Shown piece after piece: positions 12,879 to 24,410 of a stretch of DNA of 45,229 bases. The notes under the pieces were generated by a model. The model was not told the DNA's origin and did not search any database. It saw only the letters and a list, made by a program, of their open reading frames with translations. The DNA is from Chlorokybus atmophyticus (Eukaryota; Plantae; Mesostigma and Chlorokybus algae): assembly GCA_009103225.1 (NCBI GenBank), contig RHPI01003053.1, forward strand, positions 35,763 through 80,991, in the 5' to 3' direction. Within the stretch, counting starts at the first letter, position 1, and each line of letters starts with the position of its first letter. Made by a program: the position numbers and the translations under genes.

Positions 12879-14322
12879 CCCCTTTTCCCCTGGGGGAGCT
12901 TCGTCCTCGAAGCTGACGAGTGCCTCCTCTGGCTTTGTACTCCTGCAAAATCTGTTTGGCATTGGTGAAGCTCTCCTCGGGTTCGTACGTCGCCTCGTGC
13001 ATCGGATAGCCGCGCCACTTCACCAAGTACTTGCGCACACCTCCCACCATCTTGTCCTTGATGATTGCCTCCACCTCCCACTCAACTTGGTCCTCACCAA
13101 TCAGAACCGGAGGCGGACGAGGTGGCGGCTCCCCCTTGTAAGCTTTAAGAAGCGAGACATGAAAAACGGGGTGCACGCGCATGGTATTGGGCAGCTCCAG
13201 CTTGTAGGCTACCTCCGAGATGACCTTGATCACTTTGAAAGGTCCCAACCATTGCTCACTCAGCTTGCGCACACCCGTGACCAGCTGCACATGCTTGGTA
13301 GAGAGCATCACACGATCACCATTCAAAAAGACAACATGCTTGCGATGCGCATCGGCGTATTGCTTTTGCCTATTTTGTGCCACAATCAGAGCCTCACGAG
13401 CTGCCTGGCTAATGGCCGCACACCTCTCGAGAAAGCCATCCACGGCCTCCACATCTGAACATTGCATGCTAGGCGCCCATGCCGTCAATGGCGTCAACGG
13501 ATGTTGCCCATAGTTTATGAGAAAAGGTGTCACACCCGTGCTTGCACTCTTGTGGTTGTTGACGGTGAACTCAATCAGCTCCAGCATGTCTCCCCAATTG
13601 TCTTGTCGGCTGTTCACATAGCACCGTAGCATGTCCTCGACCACACGGTTGGTGCGTTCCGTTTGGCCGTCCGTCTCAGGGTGGTATGCGGTGCTGAACT
13701 TCAAGGTCGTGCCCAAAGCTGAATGGAGAGCCTTCCAGAAGTTTCCCGTGAACCGCGGGTCCCTATCACTCACCATGCTCCTCGGGAGGCCATGAGAGCG
13801 CACCACATGCTTGATGAACAACTTGGCAGCCTCGGGAGCCGTGCAAGTCTCCGTACATGGCGCCAACCGCACCGATTTGCTGGTCTTGTCCACAAACACC
13901 AAGATAGCATTATGTCCTTCGCGTGTTCGTGGCAGCCCCGTGATGAAGTCAAGAGTAACTTGCTCCCACTTCGTCAAAGGTATCGGCAATGGTTGGAGCA
14001 GCCCGCTGACGCGTTGGTTGCTCGCCTTCACCCTTTGACAAGTGTCGCACAATGCCACATAGTCCTTAACATCACGATGCATCTCCGACCAGAAAAAACG
14101 CTGTTTCAACAAGGCTAGCGTCCGCTCCAGCCCTTGATGACCAGCCATTGGCGCGTCGTGTGCTTCCTTCATCAATCCCACGCGCGTGTACGCAATGTTG
14201 GGTATGTACATGCGATCTCCGTGCCATAGCAGCCCGTCCTTCAATGCCCAAAGGCCGCCATGATCAGTTCCATTCTCGAGCGCTTCAATAGCCTTCTTAC
14301 CGACGGCGTCTTTATGCAACAA
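12874..14322 (-). CDS. Integrase with C-terminal chromodomain (pol segment)
   Basis: AHDAPMAGH..CDTC zinc motif, TLDFIT/VSDRDPRF/DGQTER DDE core, WLGPF (GPY/F) motif, chromodomain WEVEAII..YLVKWRGYPMHEATYEPE at ~12934-13086. Confidence 0.95.
   Translation of the reverse strand: MLHKDAVGKKAIEALENGTDHGGLWALKDGLLWHGDRMYIPNIAYTRVGLMKEAHDAPMAGHQGLERTLALLKQRFFWSEMHRDVKDYVALCDTCQRVKASNQRVSGLLQPLPIPLTKWEQVTLDFITGLPRTREGHNAILVFVDKTSKSVRLAPCTETCTAPEAAKLFIKHVVRSHGLPRSMVSDRDPRFTGNFWKALHSALGTTLKFSTAYHPETDGQTERTNRVVEDMLRCYVNSRQDNWGDMLELIEFTVNNHKSASTGVTPFLINYGQHPLTPLTAWAPSMQCSDVEAVDGFLERCAAISQAAREALIVAQNRQKQYADAHRKHVVFLNGDRVMLSTKHVQLVTGVRKLSEQWLGPFKVIKVISEVAYKLELPNTMRVHPVFHVSLLKAYKGEPPPRPPPVLIGEDQVEWEVEAIIKDKMVGGVRKYLVKWRGYPMHEATYEPEESFTNAKQILQEYKARGGTRQLRGRSSPRGKGV
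12879..12890 (-). other. Polypurine tract
   Basis: ggggaaaagggg on the minus strand abutting the 3' LTR. Confidence 0.9.
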
Positions 14323-14390
14323 GGCTTGGATCTACTTCAACCACTCGGGCTGCACTTGAATAACCGTTTCAATTGCATTCAGGTACCGAC

Positions 14391-14760
14391 TCAACGCGTC
14401 CGCAACCTTGTTCGATTAGCCGAGCTGTACTTGACTTCGAAGTCGAGGAGTTGAAAGAACTCGAGCCAACGAGCTTGCCGCCGCGAGAGATGAGGCTGCG
14501 GTTGAAGGAACCTCAATGGTGAGTGATCCGTTTCAAGGATGAAGCGCTTGCCAAGAAAACAACGGCATTGCCGTAGCGCCAACACCTGCGCCAGCAATTC
14601 CTTCTTATGAACGGGGTAATTAAGCTCGGCTCCACTCAACTTCTTGCTAAAAAATGCCACCGGTTGCAAGCCGTTGCCATGATCTTGCTGCAAAACAGCT
14701 CCAACGGCCTAATCGAAAGCATCGCATGCCACCACGAAGGGCAATTGCATGTTGGGATGC
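14391..14760 (-). pseudogene. RNase H of chromovirus (frameshifted)
   Basis: FVVACDA..PVAFFSKKLSGAELNYPVHKKELLA..FILETDHSPLRFL..RQARWLEFF. Confidence 0.9.
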
Positions 14761-16022
14761 ACAAGAACGGGTGCTGATGTTAAGGCCACTTTCAAGTCAG
14801 AAAACGCCTTCATTTCAGCCTCCGACCAGCTCCAGCTCACCCCCTTCTTCAACAATGCCGTCAATGGTGATGCCAAGTGCGAGAAGCCTCTTACAAAATT
14901 GCAATAATAGCCAGCCAGCCCTAGGAACGACATGACATCCTTCACGTTCTTCGCGGCAATCCAATCGCGCACCGCCGCAATCTTGTTGGGGTCCGCCTTG
15001 ATCCCTTGCTTGGAGACAAGATGGCCGAGATACTCTACCTCTTGCAGCAAAGAACGGCACTTGTTGAGCTGAGCGAACAAGTTGTTTGCACGTAGACGCT
15101 GCATCACCTCACATAGCAACGCCATGTGCTCGCTCTTGCTCTTGGTATACACGAGAATGTCATCGAGGTACACGAGAACACCCTTGCCAATCAGATCAGC
15201 AAAGACACCGTTCATCAAGGTTTGAAACGTTGCCGGAGCGTTGGTCATCCCAAACGACATTACCAACCACTCGTAATGGCCATAGCAATTGTTGAATGCC
15301 GTTTTCTCAATGTCCTCGGGCGCTACGCGGATCTGATGGTAGCCGCCAGCTAGGTCCAAGCTTGTGAAGAACTCAGCACCTTTTAGCTGCTTCAACAACT
15401 CATCAATGCGAGGCATAGGAAAGACATTCTTCTTCGTGATGTTGTTGAGCGGCCGGTAATCAACGCACATGCGCAAGGCTGCATTCTTCTTGCGCACAAA
15501 CAAGATAGGTGCACCATACGTAGACTTGCTAAGCCTGATGTATCCAAGTTGCAGAAGGTCCTCAACTTGTCTCTCCGCCTCCTCCAGCTCAGCCGGAGAC
15601 AGCTTGTACACTGGTCTGTGCGGCGGCTTGTGCACGCCCTCAACGAGCTCCACATGGTGATCAACGCTGCGCGTGGGTGGCAAACCAGATGGTATCCCGT
15701 CCACCATGATGTCTTTGAACTCCTCAAGCAACTTCTGCACCTCAAGGTCTTCCAAACCCTCCACACCAGTGCCGACTAGCTTCGGATCTGACTTTGACGG
15801 TGTGTCACGCACCATACACAACCATGCATCCTTTACGTCGTTCCCGGACCAGATTTGCTCCATCTCAGCCTCAGAAACTTGTGACACCAGCTCCGGAGCC
15901 TCCCCCCCCAAGCTCAAAGCATGTTGTTGTGCATTTTGCTGGCACGCCTTCACGCCACCTTTCGCGCATGTGATGCATTGTTGGCAGCTGCGACGCAGCT
16001 CACACGCTCTTGAACTAAACAC
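14709..16022 (-). CDS. Reverse transcriptase of chromovirus
   Basis: LRMCVDYRPLN, FTSLDLAGGYHQI, MSFGMTNAPATFQ, VYLDDILVY (15159-15170). Confidence 0.95.
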   Translation of the reverse strand: MFSSRACELRRSCQQCITCAKGGVKACQQNAQQHALSLGGEAPELVSQVSEAEMEQIWSGNDVKDAWLCMVRDTPSKSDPKLVGTGVEGLEDLEVQKLLEEFKDIMVDGIPSGLPPTRSVDHHVELVEGVHKPPHRPVYKLSPAELEEAERQVEDLLQLGYIRLSKSTYGAPILFVRKKNAALRMCVDYRPLNNITKKNVFPMPRIDELLKQLKGAEFFTSLDLAGGYHQIRVAPEDIEKTAFNNCYGHYEWLVMSFGMTNAPATFQTLMNGVFADLIGKGVLVYLDDILVYTKSKSEHMALLCEVMQRLRANNLFAQLNKCRSLLQEVEYLGHLVSKQGIKADPNKIAAVRDWIAAKNVKDVMSFLGLAGYYCNFVRGFSHLASPLTALLKKGVSWSWSEAEMKAFSDLKVALTSAPVLVHPNMQLPFVVACDAFD

Positions 16023-16450
16023 TCACCACGGGAAGAAGCACCCAAGCAAGTCATAGCCATACCACCACCTTCCGGGGCAGCAATTAGGCGCTTCCTCCAA
16101 TTAATGGCGGGGTTATGTGTCGAAAGCCAAGGTAGCCCCAAAATGCCATCAAAGCCGTTGCTGAGCTTGAGGCAGCAAAACCGTAGGCTATCCTTTATCA
16201 TCCCCACATGGACTTCAAGCTCTTTGCTCAGCTTCGCAGCTTCGGTTGGCCCACGGCCGTTTGCGAGAGTCACGGAGCCGGCATTCGCCCACGAAAGCCA
16301 CTTGTGTCGACGCGCAACCTCCCAATTCATGAAGTTGCTGTTCGCGCCGCTATCCACCAGCAATTTGCACTCCACCCAAGGCCCATCACCCTCGCGAATC
16401 ATGGCCGTGACGGTCAGCAGCTGCCTCGCCTCATCGGGCACACAAACCAC
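15950..16450 (-). CDS. Aspartic protease of chromovirus
   Basis: LLVDSGANSNFM and DGILGLPWL motifs. Confidence 0.9.
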   Translation of the reverse strand: MVCVPDEARQLLTVTAMIREGDGPWVECKLLVDSGANSNFMNWEVARRHKWLSWANAGSVTLANGRGPTEAAKLSKELEVHVGMIKDSLRFCCLKLSNGFDGILGLPWLSTHNPAINWRKRLIAAPEGGGMAMTCLGASSRGECLVQERVSCVAAANNASHARKVA

Positions 16451-16575
16451 ACCGTTTCACGTCGCCGTCGCGCACGTATACATGCCGCCAACAGTCACCG
16501 ACGCATCCACGAAAGGCTCTGAACTGTCGACATCAGAAAGAGGCTCCATCTCAACCCCAGCAGCAGCCTCCTTAG

Positions 16576-17617
16576 CTACTGAGGTGAGCCGTTTCCCGAC
16601 TGCAACATCTCCTCCTCCACCGTATTCACACGTCCACCGCCGCGCGTGTTGCGTGCATGTGCAGCCGACTTTGCCTTGAAGATGGGGCAGTTGGAGCGCG
16701 TATGTTCAGTAGAAGAGCACTCCCAACACTTCCAAACTGCCTTGGCATCTTCCCAACCCTTCACACCCCTCTTTGAAGCATGGGGAACACCCAACTCCAT
16801 TGGTGTAGGTCCCGAGCCAGCCCCGCAGCTGTTGCAGCTCCCGAACTAGCTCAAAAAGGTGTGTACGAGCGATACATTCCTCCCCATGACTGATTGAAGC
16901 GCCCACGATCAGTGTCTTTGGCAGTACCCTTGAAGTACAACACATCCGTACGCTCGGCGATGCGAATGGCCTCCGCAAGAGACTTGGCGTCACGAAGCTC
17001 AACTTCCTTGCGACAAAGAGACTTCAACCCGCGCGTATAGCGGTCCAGCTGCTCCTCCTCAGTCATGTTGGGTATGGAGAGCAAAAGACGCTGAAACGCA
17101 GATGTGTAGGCCATCACGGACTGCGTTTGCACAAATGTAGAGAGCTGATCGCGTGCCGTCTTCATGCTTTGCACCGGTACGAACTGTTTCTTCACCTCAG
17201 CGGCCAGCTCAGCCACGGTGACAAAGGGGACCTCGAGACCAGCTTCCACACGAGCACAACGATGACGCCACCACACAAGTGCAGCTCCCTCAAAGAAAGT
17301 AGCAGCCACATCGACATGGAGATGTTCGGGTACCTCGATGAGCTTCAACCATGAAGAGACAGCATACACCCACTCCTCGACGCAGTCACCATCCCTCTAG
17401 CCCTTAAATGGCTTTGGTTTTGGCACTTTCACGTGACGAGAGGCTGGTGAAAGAGCCACAGGTGCAGCAATAGGCGTAGCCGCGCGCGCTTGCGCCAAGA
17501 CTTCTTAAGTTGTGCCGCTTGAGCTTGGGCAGATGCTCGAACACGTTGCAGCTCCTCATGAGCAGCGACCACTTGCTGAAGCTCCACAACACGTGCATCA
17601 TCCATGGTAGCGTCCAT
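16576..17617 (-). pseudogene. Gag of chromovirus (capsid plus CCHC knuckle, frameshifted)
   Basis: AATFFEGAALVWW..QTQSVMAYTSAF..RYTRGLK capsid motifs; CWECSSTEHTRSNC knuckle. Confidence 0.9.
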
Positions 17618-17690
17618 AAACAGAAAAATACCTCACACACCAAAGGTATAGTTAATATCCCTTTAAAACAAGAAACTCAACCCTTCCAAG

Positions 17691-17703
17691 GGCTCCGATG
17701 CCA
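17691..17703 (-). other. Primer-binding site, initiator tRNA-Met type
   Basis: TGGCATCGGAGCC 1 nt inside the 5' LTR; 11/13 match to TGGTATCAGAGCC. Confidence 0.85.
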
Positions 17704-17704
17704 C

Positions 17705-18379
17705 TGTAACGATGCTCGTGCTCACATACGCAGCACACAAGTCATACAACATATGTGTGCAGCTGAGCACAGTCTTCACACCAGAACCTTGCCTTCTCCC
17801 GCGCACGCACGCACGCGTCGAGCACACACACGCACATGAACACTACTACTTCCCACGCCAAGCAAGAACGCAGCACTGTGCCTTAGATCACGCCTCTCTC
17901 AAGCATACACCAGCATACTCACAGCAGAGAGCAGAAAAGAAGAGTTCGTTGTATTACACAGGGTTTCTATGTATACAAGCACAACAACCAAGCAGCCTAA
18001 TAACCAGGCGTTTTGTCGATGATTTACCAGATCTAAAAGACATGTATAAGTGCAGACTGCTACCCCGCGCGTCGGAGTACTTTTCACGTGGCAGCTGACT
18101 GGGCAGTCCTCGTCACAAGGTACTGCGCAGCGGTAGCTGACTATGCAATCCGCGTCACATGGCAGGTACCGTGCAGTCTGGTCAGCTGCGTCACCGCTGC
18201 CTCAGTAGGTCACGTTGCAGGCAGGCAGCTGCCGGGCTGGTCGCAGGCGAGGTCGCGCGCGGCAGCAGAGCACCGCCTGTACAGCTTGTAAAAGCCCTTC
18301 ATAAAGCCTTAATAAAGCAAAGAGGCAAAACACATATTGTACATGTAGTAAATTATGGAAAAAGGTCCAAGCTGGTACA
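17705..18379 (-). repeat. 5' LTR of chromovirus (675 bp)
   Basis: Direct repeat of 12209-12878, adjacent to the PBS. Confidence 0.96.
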
Positions 18380-19225
18380 GATACCCTCATGGACAGATGC
18401 TACATTGACCATCGCCGTACCTCGCGTGACCACCCTCAAGCCGATGGCCTCGCGGAGCATACGGTGCAGACCATAAAGAAGGCACTCCGCAAGTACGTGT
18501 TACAGTATCAGGAAAACACCTGGGATGACCACCTCCCGTGGGTGGCTCTCGGGTGTTGACTGTCAAAACAAGCAGCACTGCGTGAGTACAACCCATAGTA
18601 CTTGCTGTCCCGGCGACAGCCACTGCTTCCCTTCCGTGCATAGCAAGAGGTAAATCGAGTGGTGAACAATCTCAATGACCCCAACTGGACCACAACATCA
18701 CAACGCATGCGGCTCTGTTTGACAGCACCGTTTTCATGGCCTTTAACAACTTGCGCGTAGCACCGTAACATGCTGCGCTACGAGGGCCTGCGCAGTGGTT
18801 TCTACAAGGAACGACAACGTCGGTTCCAGGCAGGAGACTTTGGCTATCGCATGGAAGCCACCCACGACACACTTAACATCTCCATTGGTGATACTATTTA
18901 CAAGGTACTGAACGTGTACCCCACACGTCCTCTAGACCTCCTAAGATAAAACGGCCAAAGGTTAAAGGACAACATGGTGAACTGCGCGCCCTGTCACCCC
19001 ATGCGTAGCGGGGTTCGTGCGCATCATCCACCGTCGCCCCACGCGCAGCACACACGTGAGCGTTGTAGCAGTGCCGACAACGACCCATTAATGATGCTCT
19101 GCGGTGGCTGTAACAAAGGGTTGCACTGCTATTGTCTGAAGCCCCCAATGGATGCAAGGCCCATGGAGGAGTATTGGTGCAATGACTACGCGCCAACGCG
19201 CATCCACACTTACGTTGGGAGCTGA
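18380..19225 (+). pseudogene. Continuation of the older Gypsy integrase and terminal PHD finger
   Basis: After removing the chromovirus and one TSD the frame continues FHTLMDRCYIDHRRTSRDHPQADGLAEHTVQTIKKALRK..WDDHLPWVALG, later RFQAGDF and KDNMVNCAPCH, then (R)ERC..MLCGGCNKGLHCYCLKPP..YWCND(Y) at ~19055-19195. Confidence 0.9.
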
Positions 19226-19332
19226 GCTCTACAGCTTAGACCTCTATAGACGCTTAGAGGGGGTGGCTTGTTGACTGTGCCTTACAGCACAACATGTGCA
19301 CCATTGTGGAGCACCACTCCACACTCCACTCC

Positions 19333-19554
19333 ACAGCTACCGGGAGAGTCATGCTTGCTAGACATGCTGCTGCAGCATGCTGTAGCATGGCTTGTTGACT
19401 GTGCCTTACAGCACAACATGTGCACCATTGTGGAGCACCACTCCACACTGGGTTATCTTTTGGTGGGTTATCTTTTGCTTTGGCTAACACTGCAAGACAT
19501 GCTACAGCATGCTGCAGCAGCATGTCTAGCAAGCATGACTCTCCCGGTAGCTGT
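19333..19554. repeat. Perfect 57-bp inverted repeat (foldback, MITE-like)
   Basis: 19333-19389 is the exact reverse complement of 19498-19554. 19264-19325 is exactly repeated at 19388-19449. Confidence 0.93.
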
Positions 19555-21889
19555 CCGAGACAGCGTGACCTTCGATTCTCTTCGGCCCGACAAGTCAAAG
19601 TAAAGTAGTAGTAAAGTGCTATCCAAACGCACATGACAAATCCTTAACGTATTGATAGATTTGCCTTCATACTGCTGCATATATATGATATGTAATGCAG
19701 GTTAGTGCTAAGTGGGCTCCTATCTCGATTCATAAGAAGTATATTACATCAGATTTATACCACCTTTTTATAGCCTGATTGACGCCCCTTGTTACGTGTT
19801 GCATGTAAACGTGAGACAAATGGCGCCAATTTGAGTGTATCCTTGATTGACCAACATGGATCAGCGCCGAAAAACCCTCAATCTCATCATCCATTCATGC
19901 ATCATGCATTACAATGGCATGAACATGTTATTAATTGCGTTTATGAATGACATCTTTTACCCAACGAGATATGTTATAGCCAATTTGAACATGCGTAATC
20001 TTACCAATATAAAGTGCTTATTGGTATGTACAGTGCGCGCTACATCCTACCTGTCACGATGAAAACTATTCCATGAACAACAACCGTGTGATATTGAATA
20101 TGAAAATCATAGTATAGGCCCGACCCGGTCAATTGCACAATTGTTTCCACGTTGATACAACATGGACAATGTGCAGTGATTGTATGTAAGCAATCGACGT
20201 GAATGTAAATGTGTTATTGCGTATTATTTGTATTATATACCATATTTATCCATCTAGCATTTGGCTTCCCTACACCTGCATGATTATAATGAAACCATTA
20301 AGTAATGATGTTAGCATGAGCTCATCGAACTCACACTGATTGTACTACATCAACAAGTAAACATAGGTAACATTGCCACAATGGAACACTTGAGCCTAAT
20401 CTGATAGTTTTATCATTAACGAGCTGTTAATAATTGACGAGTTGATGCGCTTGTCGTGCGAGGACCCTTGATATCAAATGATGTCGGTTGAATCTTACAC
20501 CCACAACACGTTATTTGATGACAAGCATATATATATGTCGCAAAATCCGATTTCAATAATTTTGACAAAGGCACAGCGTGGCCGAACAGGAAGCCCATAT
20601 GCTGCCGACAGTAGACTTACGAAAGCAGACAATCGCGAACATAATTCCGAGAACTCGGCACACAGCAATAGGCGCAAGGCAAAGTCAATTGAAAAACAAA
20701 CAAGCTGTTAGCAACAGCAATGTTGAAGACATCGAAGACGTTGAAGAAGCGCGGCTGTGGCGTTACATATCCTTAGACTAGCAGTCGCTATTGTAACCAT
20801 CACTTGCTGGCTCGATTATATTAATACCACGTTCCGTTGTATAGCTTCTGATTGAAGCAGTAAGTGTTCAAGTAAACCAGAGAAACCAAGCTAGTCAGTT
20901 GTACGACGTTTAATCCGTTCTATGCTTGCGTATGCATCTGGCTTTAAGTGTATTCACGTACATACGCATCGGTGTTATACGCACTTGTGCTTGTCTGCTT
21001 GCGCTGTGCATATGATCCCTTAGCTTTTGAGCTTATAAAGCTTTATCAGGTATCATTCATCATCAATCGATTGCGCATGCCTCAGTCTCTCTCTTATGCA
21101 AGTTTACACGCTGGCAGTATAATTGATACATCCATTCCGATTGTATTCAGCTTATTAAAACCATAACGATAACAATACTTATAGATTAGAAAGACATATA
21201 GTCTGACTTGGAGATGGTAAAGTTACATTATTGTATTATTGTTTTGCCATTTTCAAGTGCGAATGCATAAGGCTCAAGGTTCAGGGTGGCAGTTACATCC
21301 ACAGTTTACACTCTTGCGATGCATAGCATGTTTAAGTAATGAAGTCCTTACACCTATGGCACGAGTTCAAAAGGCACGGCAGGTTGTTACGTAGTGAACA
21401 GCAATACTTTATCAAACACTTGCCACATTACAACGTTGTACATTACACATAAATAACAACACAATCAACATTTAATATCTCACTTGCGACATTGCTGGGT
21501 TGCACTTAATGAACACAATACATGCATGTTGGCAACGGAATATCTACAGATTGTGTCTTTTTGCTCGAACTCACATCTTGTATTTGTTATTGATAAGATC
21601 ATTGATACATATCATGTGTTGAAAATTGAGCATGCTAAGTTGAGTTTATGTTTATGCACAAATACACAACAGCTGTCCGTTTTTACATATGAGAGTAAAT
21701 GCGGTTTAACTTCACGACACGATGCAATATAACACATAGCATGCATCTACACATAGCATATTATTTCTCGCAATTTGCAATCTTTATCAATATACTTCAC
21801 AATGTACTTGCATGTTTGTGGTACTCTTATTCAATGCTCGGCAATAACAATGATTATGGGTGTTTAACATAGCAATACGGAATAATTGT

Positions 21890-23171
21890 CAAATCAATAA
21901 TTGTCACATGTTGCTACTTATGCACTTTATTCAACAATGCAAGCTATTTCATCTCCACGGTGTGGCATATGCATCATTCTTCGGCCTTTGAAGCAAGGGC
22001 CAGATCATGTGGTATGCTTAATGAATGGCCCACAAGTTCTTGTGTGTGCTTGCCAAGCACACACAAGCACGGCTTGCACAATGGTTGTGTGCATTACGTA
22101 TGTCTTGTCAACACTAGCATCTCTATCTTTTTCAAAGTAAGGTTTATATATCAACAGCGCTAGTGCATGAACGTTAAACCCATGGCACAACATGTTGAAG
22201 AAAGCCAACTAGATTTAACATGCCACATCATGCCACATCCGCAGCCACATACCACACAAACACTCTATTATATAGCTCACAGTGTGTTCATGCGAACATA
22301 TTGCTAACAATGCCTATAAGTGTCGGCGCAGCTGCGGCGAGCCTGGCGTCCTCCTCTATCGTCACCGTCAACATCAGCACAGGGCCCCGCCCAGGCACAG
22401 CCGCCACCGCCGCGGCGCCGCGCTTGCGAGGATCGTCAGTCCTTGCGCTCGCTGCAGCGCGCACGTCAGACAATGTCGGTAAATGGTCAAACCTTCTGGT
22501 AGATGGCAAAGTGGCAGTCCCTGCACGTCGAGCAATATAACCGTGTGTACCACATGCCGTTCAATCGACCCCGCCTTACACAACACGTATCGCACAATAG
22601 CCGCACGCCTATTTCCGCTTGATGCAACCCCCTTTTGCGAGCCTACTGTCAATGGCTTGAGGCTAAAGAGTGGTCAGCGATGTGCTTGCCAGCAGCATTA
22701 CAACGCCCCTCTCAACACACAGTGCGAGAACTCTGAGCGTTTTAGTACCTTTGAGTGTTTTAGTACAGGCACGTACAACAGAATACACCATGTTAATGAT
22801 GATTGTTGATTCACCAAGCATGTTCATGTAGAGAATATAGTGTATAACCAAAATCTTGCTTGCCGGTTGCTTCTGTGACCCCTTTTTGCGTGCACCTTCA
22901 GCATGCGTTTGACACTTTTTGCAGTTTCAAGTTGACGGCATCAAGTGTTGCAACTCCTCCTTTTCAAACTGGCTTCTCCTTTTCTCACGACACAAACCAT
23001 GTCTTTCTCCCCATGCGACAGCAACTGCCGCTGTGTTGGACGTGACAGACACAGCGCAAATTGAGCAGGTCAAGCTGGGTGTATATTTCTGGGTGTGTCA
23101 CTTGGTGTGGTGCATTGCAGCCAGCGCTGACTGTTGATTATGTGAGTTGTTGAAGTTGTGTTGTAGCGGAC
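21890..23171 (+). repeat. ~1.3-kb dispersed repeat, copy 1 (copy 2 at ~35325-36601)
   Basis: Colinear from ataattgtcacatgttgctactta to ttgtagcggac; moderately diverged with small indels. No protein family recognised. Confidence 0.93.
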
Positions 23172-24410
23172 ATTGTGACAGCGCGTGGGAAGCTTGACGA
23201 AGCCTTCAGTAATTGTTGGGTTTTCTACTGTTGCGCGCTTACTCGGTCTGGTTCACATGGCTCTGGACTCTGTATCACTCATTCTCATCAATGTGTCCAA
23301 GCGTAGGCAGAGCTGCGACGGATGCTCGCGCAAGGTCATGGCTCGGTGGTGAACAACACAAGCATCTCTGGCCACGTGTACACGCCGCTCAGCAGCAGCT
23401 ACTGCGCCAGCAAGGCCGCTCCTAACAGCTTTACCATCTCTGCAGCCGTCGAGGTCAGCCACAAGTTGACCAACAAGCCATGAACACGCACGCATGTCAG
23501 CGTCATGTGCAACATGTTGTTATGAAGGTTGTGCAAAGAGGCGTGCGCGTGAGACGTGATCGCGCCTGGTTTCGCGCTCCCGTCAGAGATAATCTCGGCA
23601 ATGGTGAACGGCCCTTCCTAGTCGCTGGACTTTGTTCTCAAACTCGTTCTGAGCAGGAAGGTTGGCGGACAGTGAACAGCCTGTCATCAAAGAGCATTGC
23701 AACCAGCTGCTGTGGTTGCAATGCTCTTTAATGACAGGCTGTTCAAGTCTGTCACAGGTCATCAGCATTGACGGGGGTGCTGGTATCAACCACTACAGTC
23801 TGTGACATGAGCCGTGTTGATGTAGTATATTGGCGATTTGTCTCATGTGTTCAGTAGATCTAGTATATGCGACAAGTGTTTGTAACAGAACGTTGGGGTT
23901 ACCTGGCCCATGACATATCAGTGGCCTGGCTTGTCGACGCCTCCATAACAAGTCGTAACTTCGACTCAAGAGGACGTGCTTCTGTGCAAGTACATTGAAG
24001 CACTGCAGGCACTGAGTGTTCCAAAGTGCGACAAACCGAGTTGTAAAAGCTTGACCAACATCACCTCGAATAGCCAGTATGCATGGACCACATGCTTATC
24101 TGCTGGTTCCTGACGGATGATGCAAGAGAATGCGGGGCACGGTCTGCTATGCAACAAGCCATGCAACAAGCCATGCAACCTGTGCACAAGCCTCATACCA
24201 CTGCATGTGTCTCCAAGATTGCTGCACAACGGATTGCGCAGCTTTTATTGCTCACAACGAGATGGCCTAGTGAGCTACAGGATCAATAGCTCAAGGTCTC
24301 CAACACTATCCGTTGGAGAAGGATTATCACTCAGTGCTTCTAGACATTTGCCTACTCAAGTCCGAAACAACAGTTACGGAAAGCCAATCGCTTCCGGTTG
24401 GTGTCTTCGC

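Larger units (their letters stand above)
12209..18379 (-). mobile_element. Full-length Ty3/Gypsy chromovirus, frameshifted, nested in the older integrase
   Basis: LTRs 12209-12878 and 17705-18379 (TGTAAC..GTTACA / TGTAAC..GGTACA), PBS, PPT, TSD catac/gatac. Domain order gag-PR-RT-RH-INT-chromodomain. Confidence 0.97.

Noticed and set aside
12871-17360. Plus-strand ORFs over the chromovirus (e.g. 12871-13458, 16104-16679)
   Set aside because: Antisense shadows of GC-rich gag-pol.
20421-20450. ELLIIDELM resembling a PIF1/Helitron helicase Walker B motif
   Set aside because: Isolated; no Walker A or other helicase motifs recognised nearby.
23545-23680. Minus-strand EGPFTIAEII resembling the integrase GPY/F motif
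   Set aside because: Short, contains a stop, and has no adjoining integrase core.
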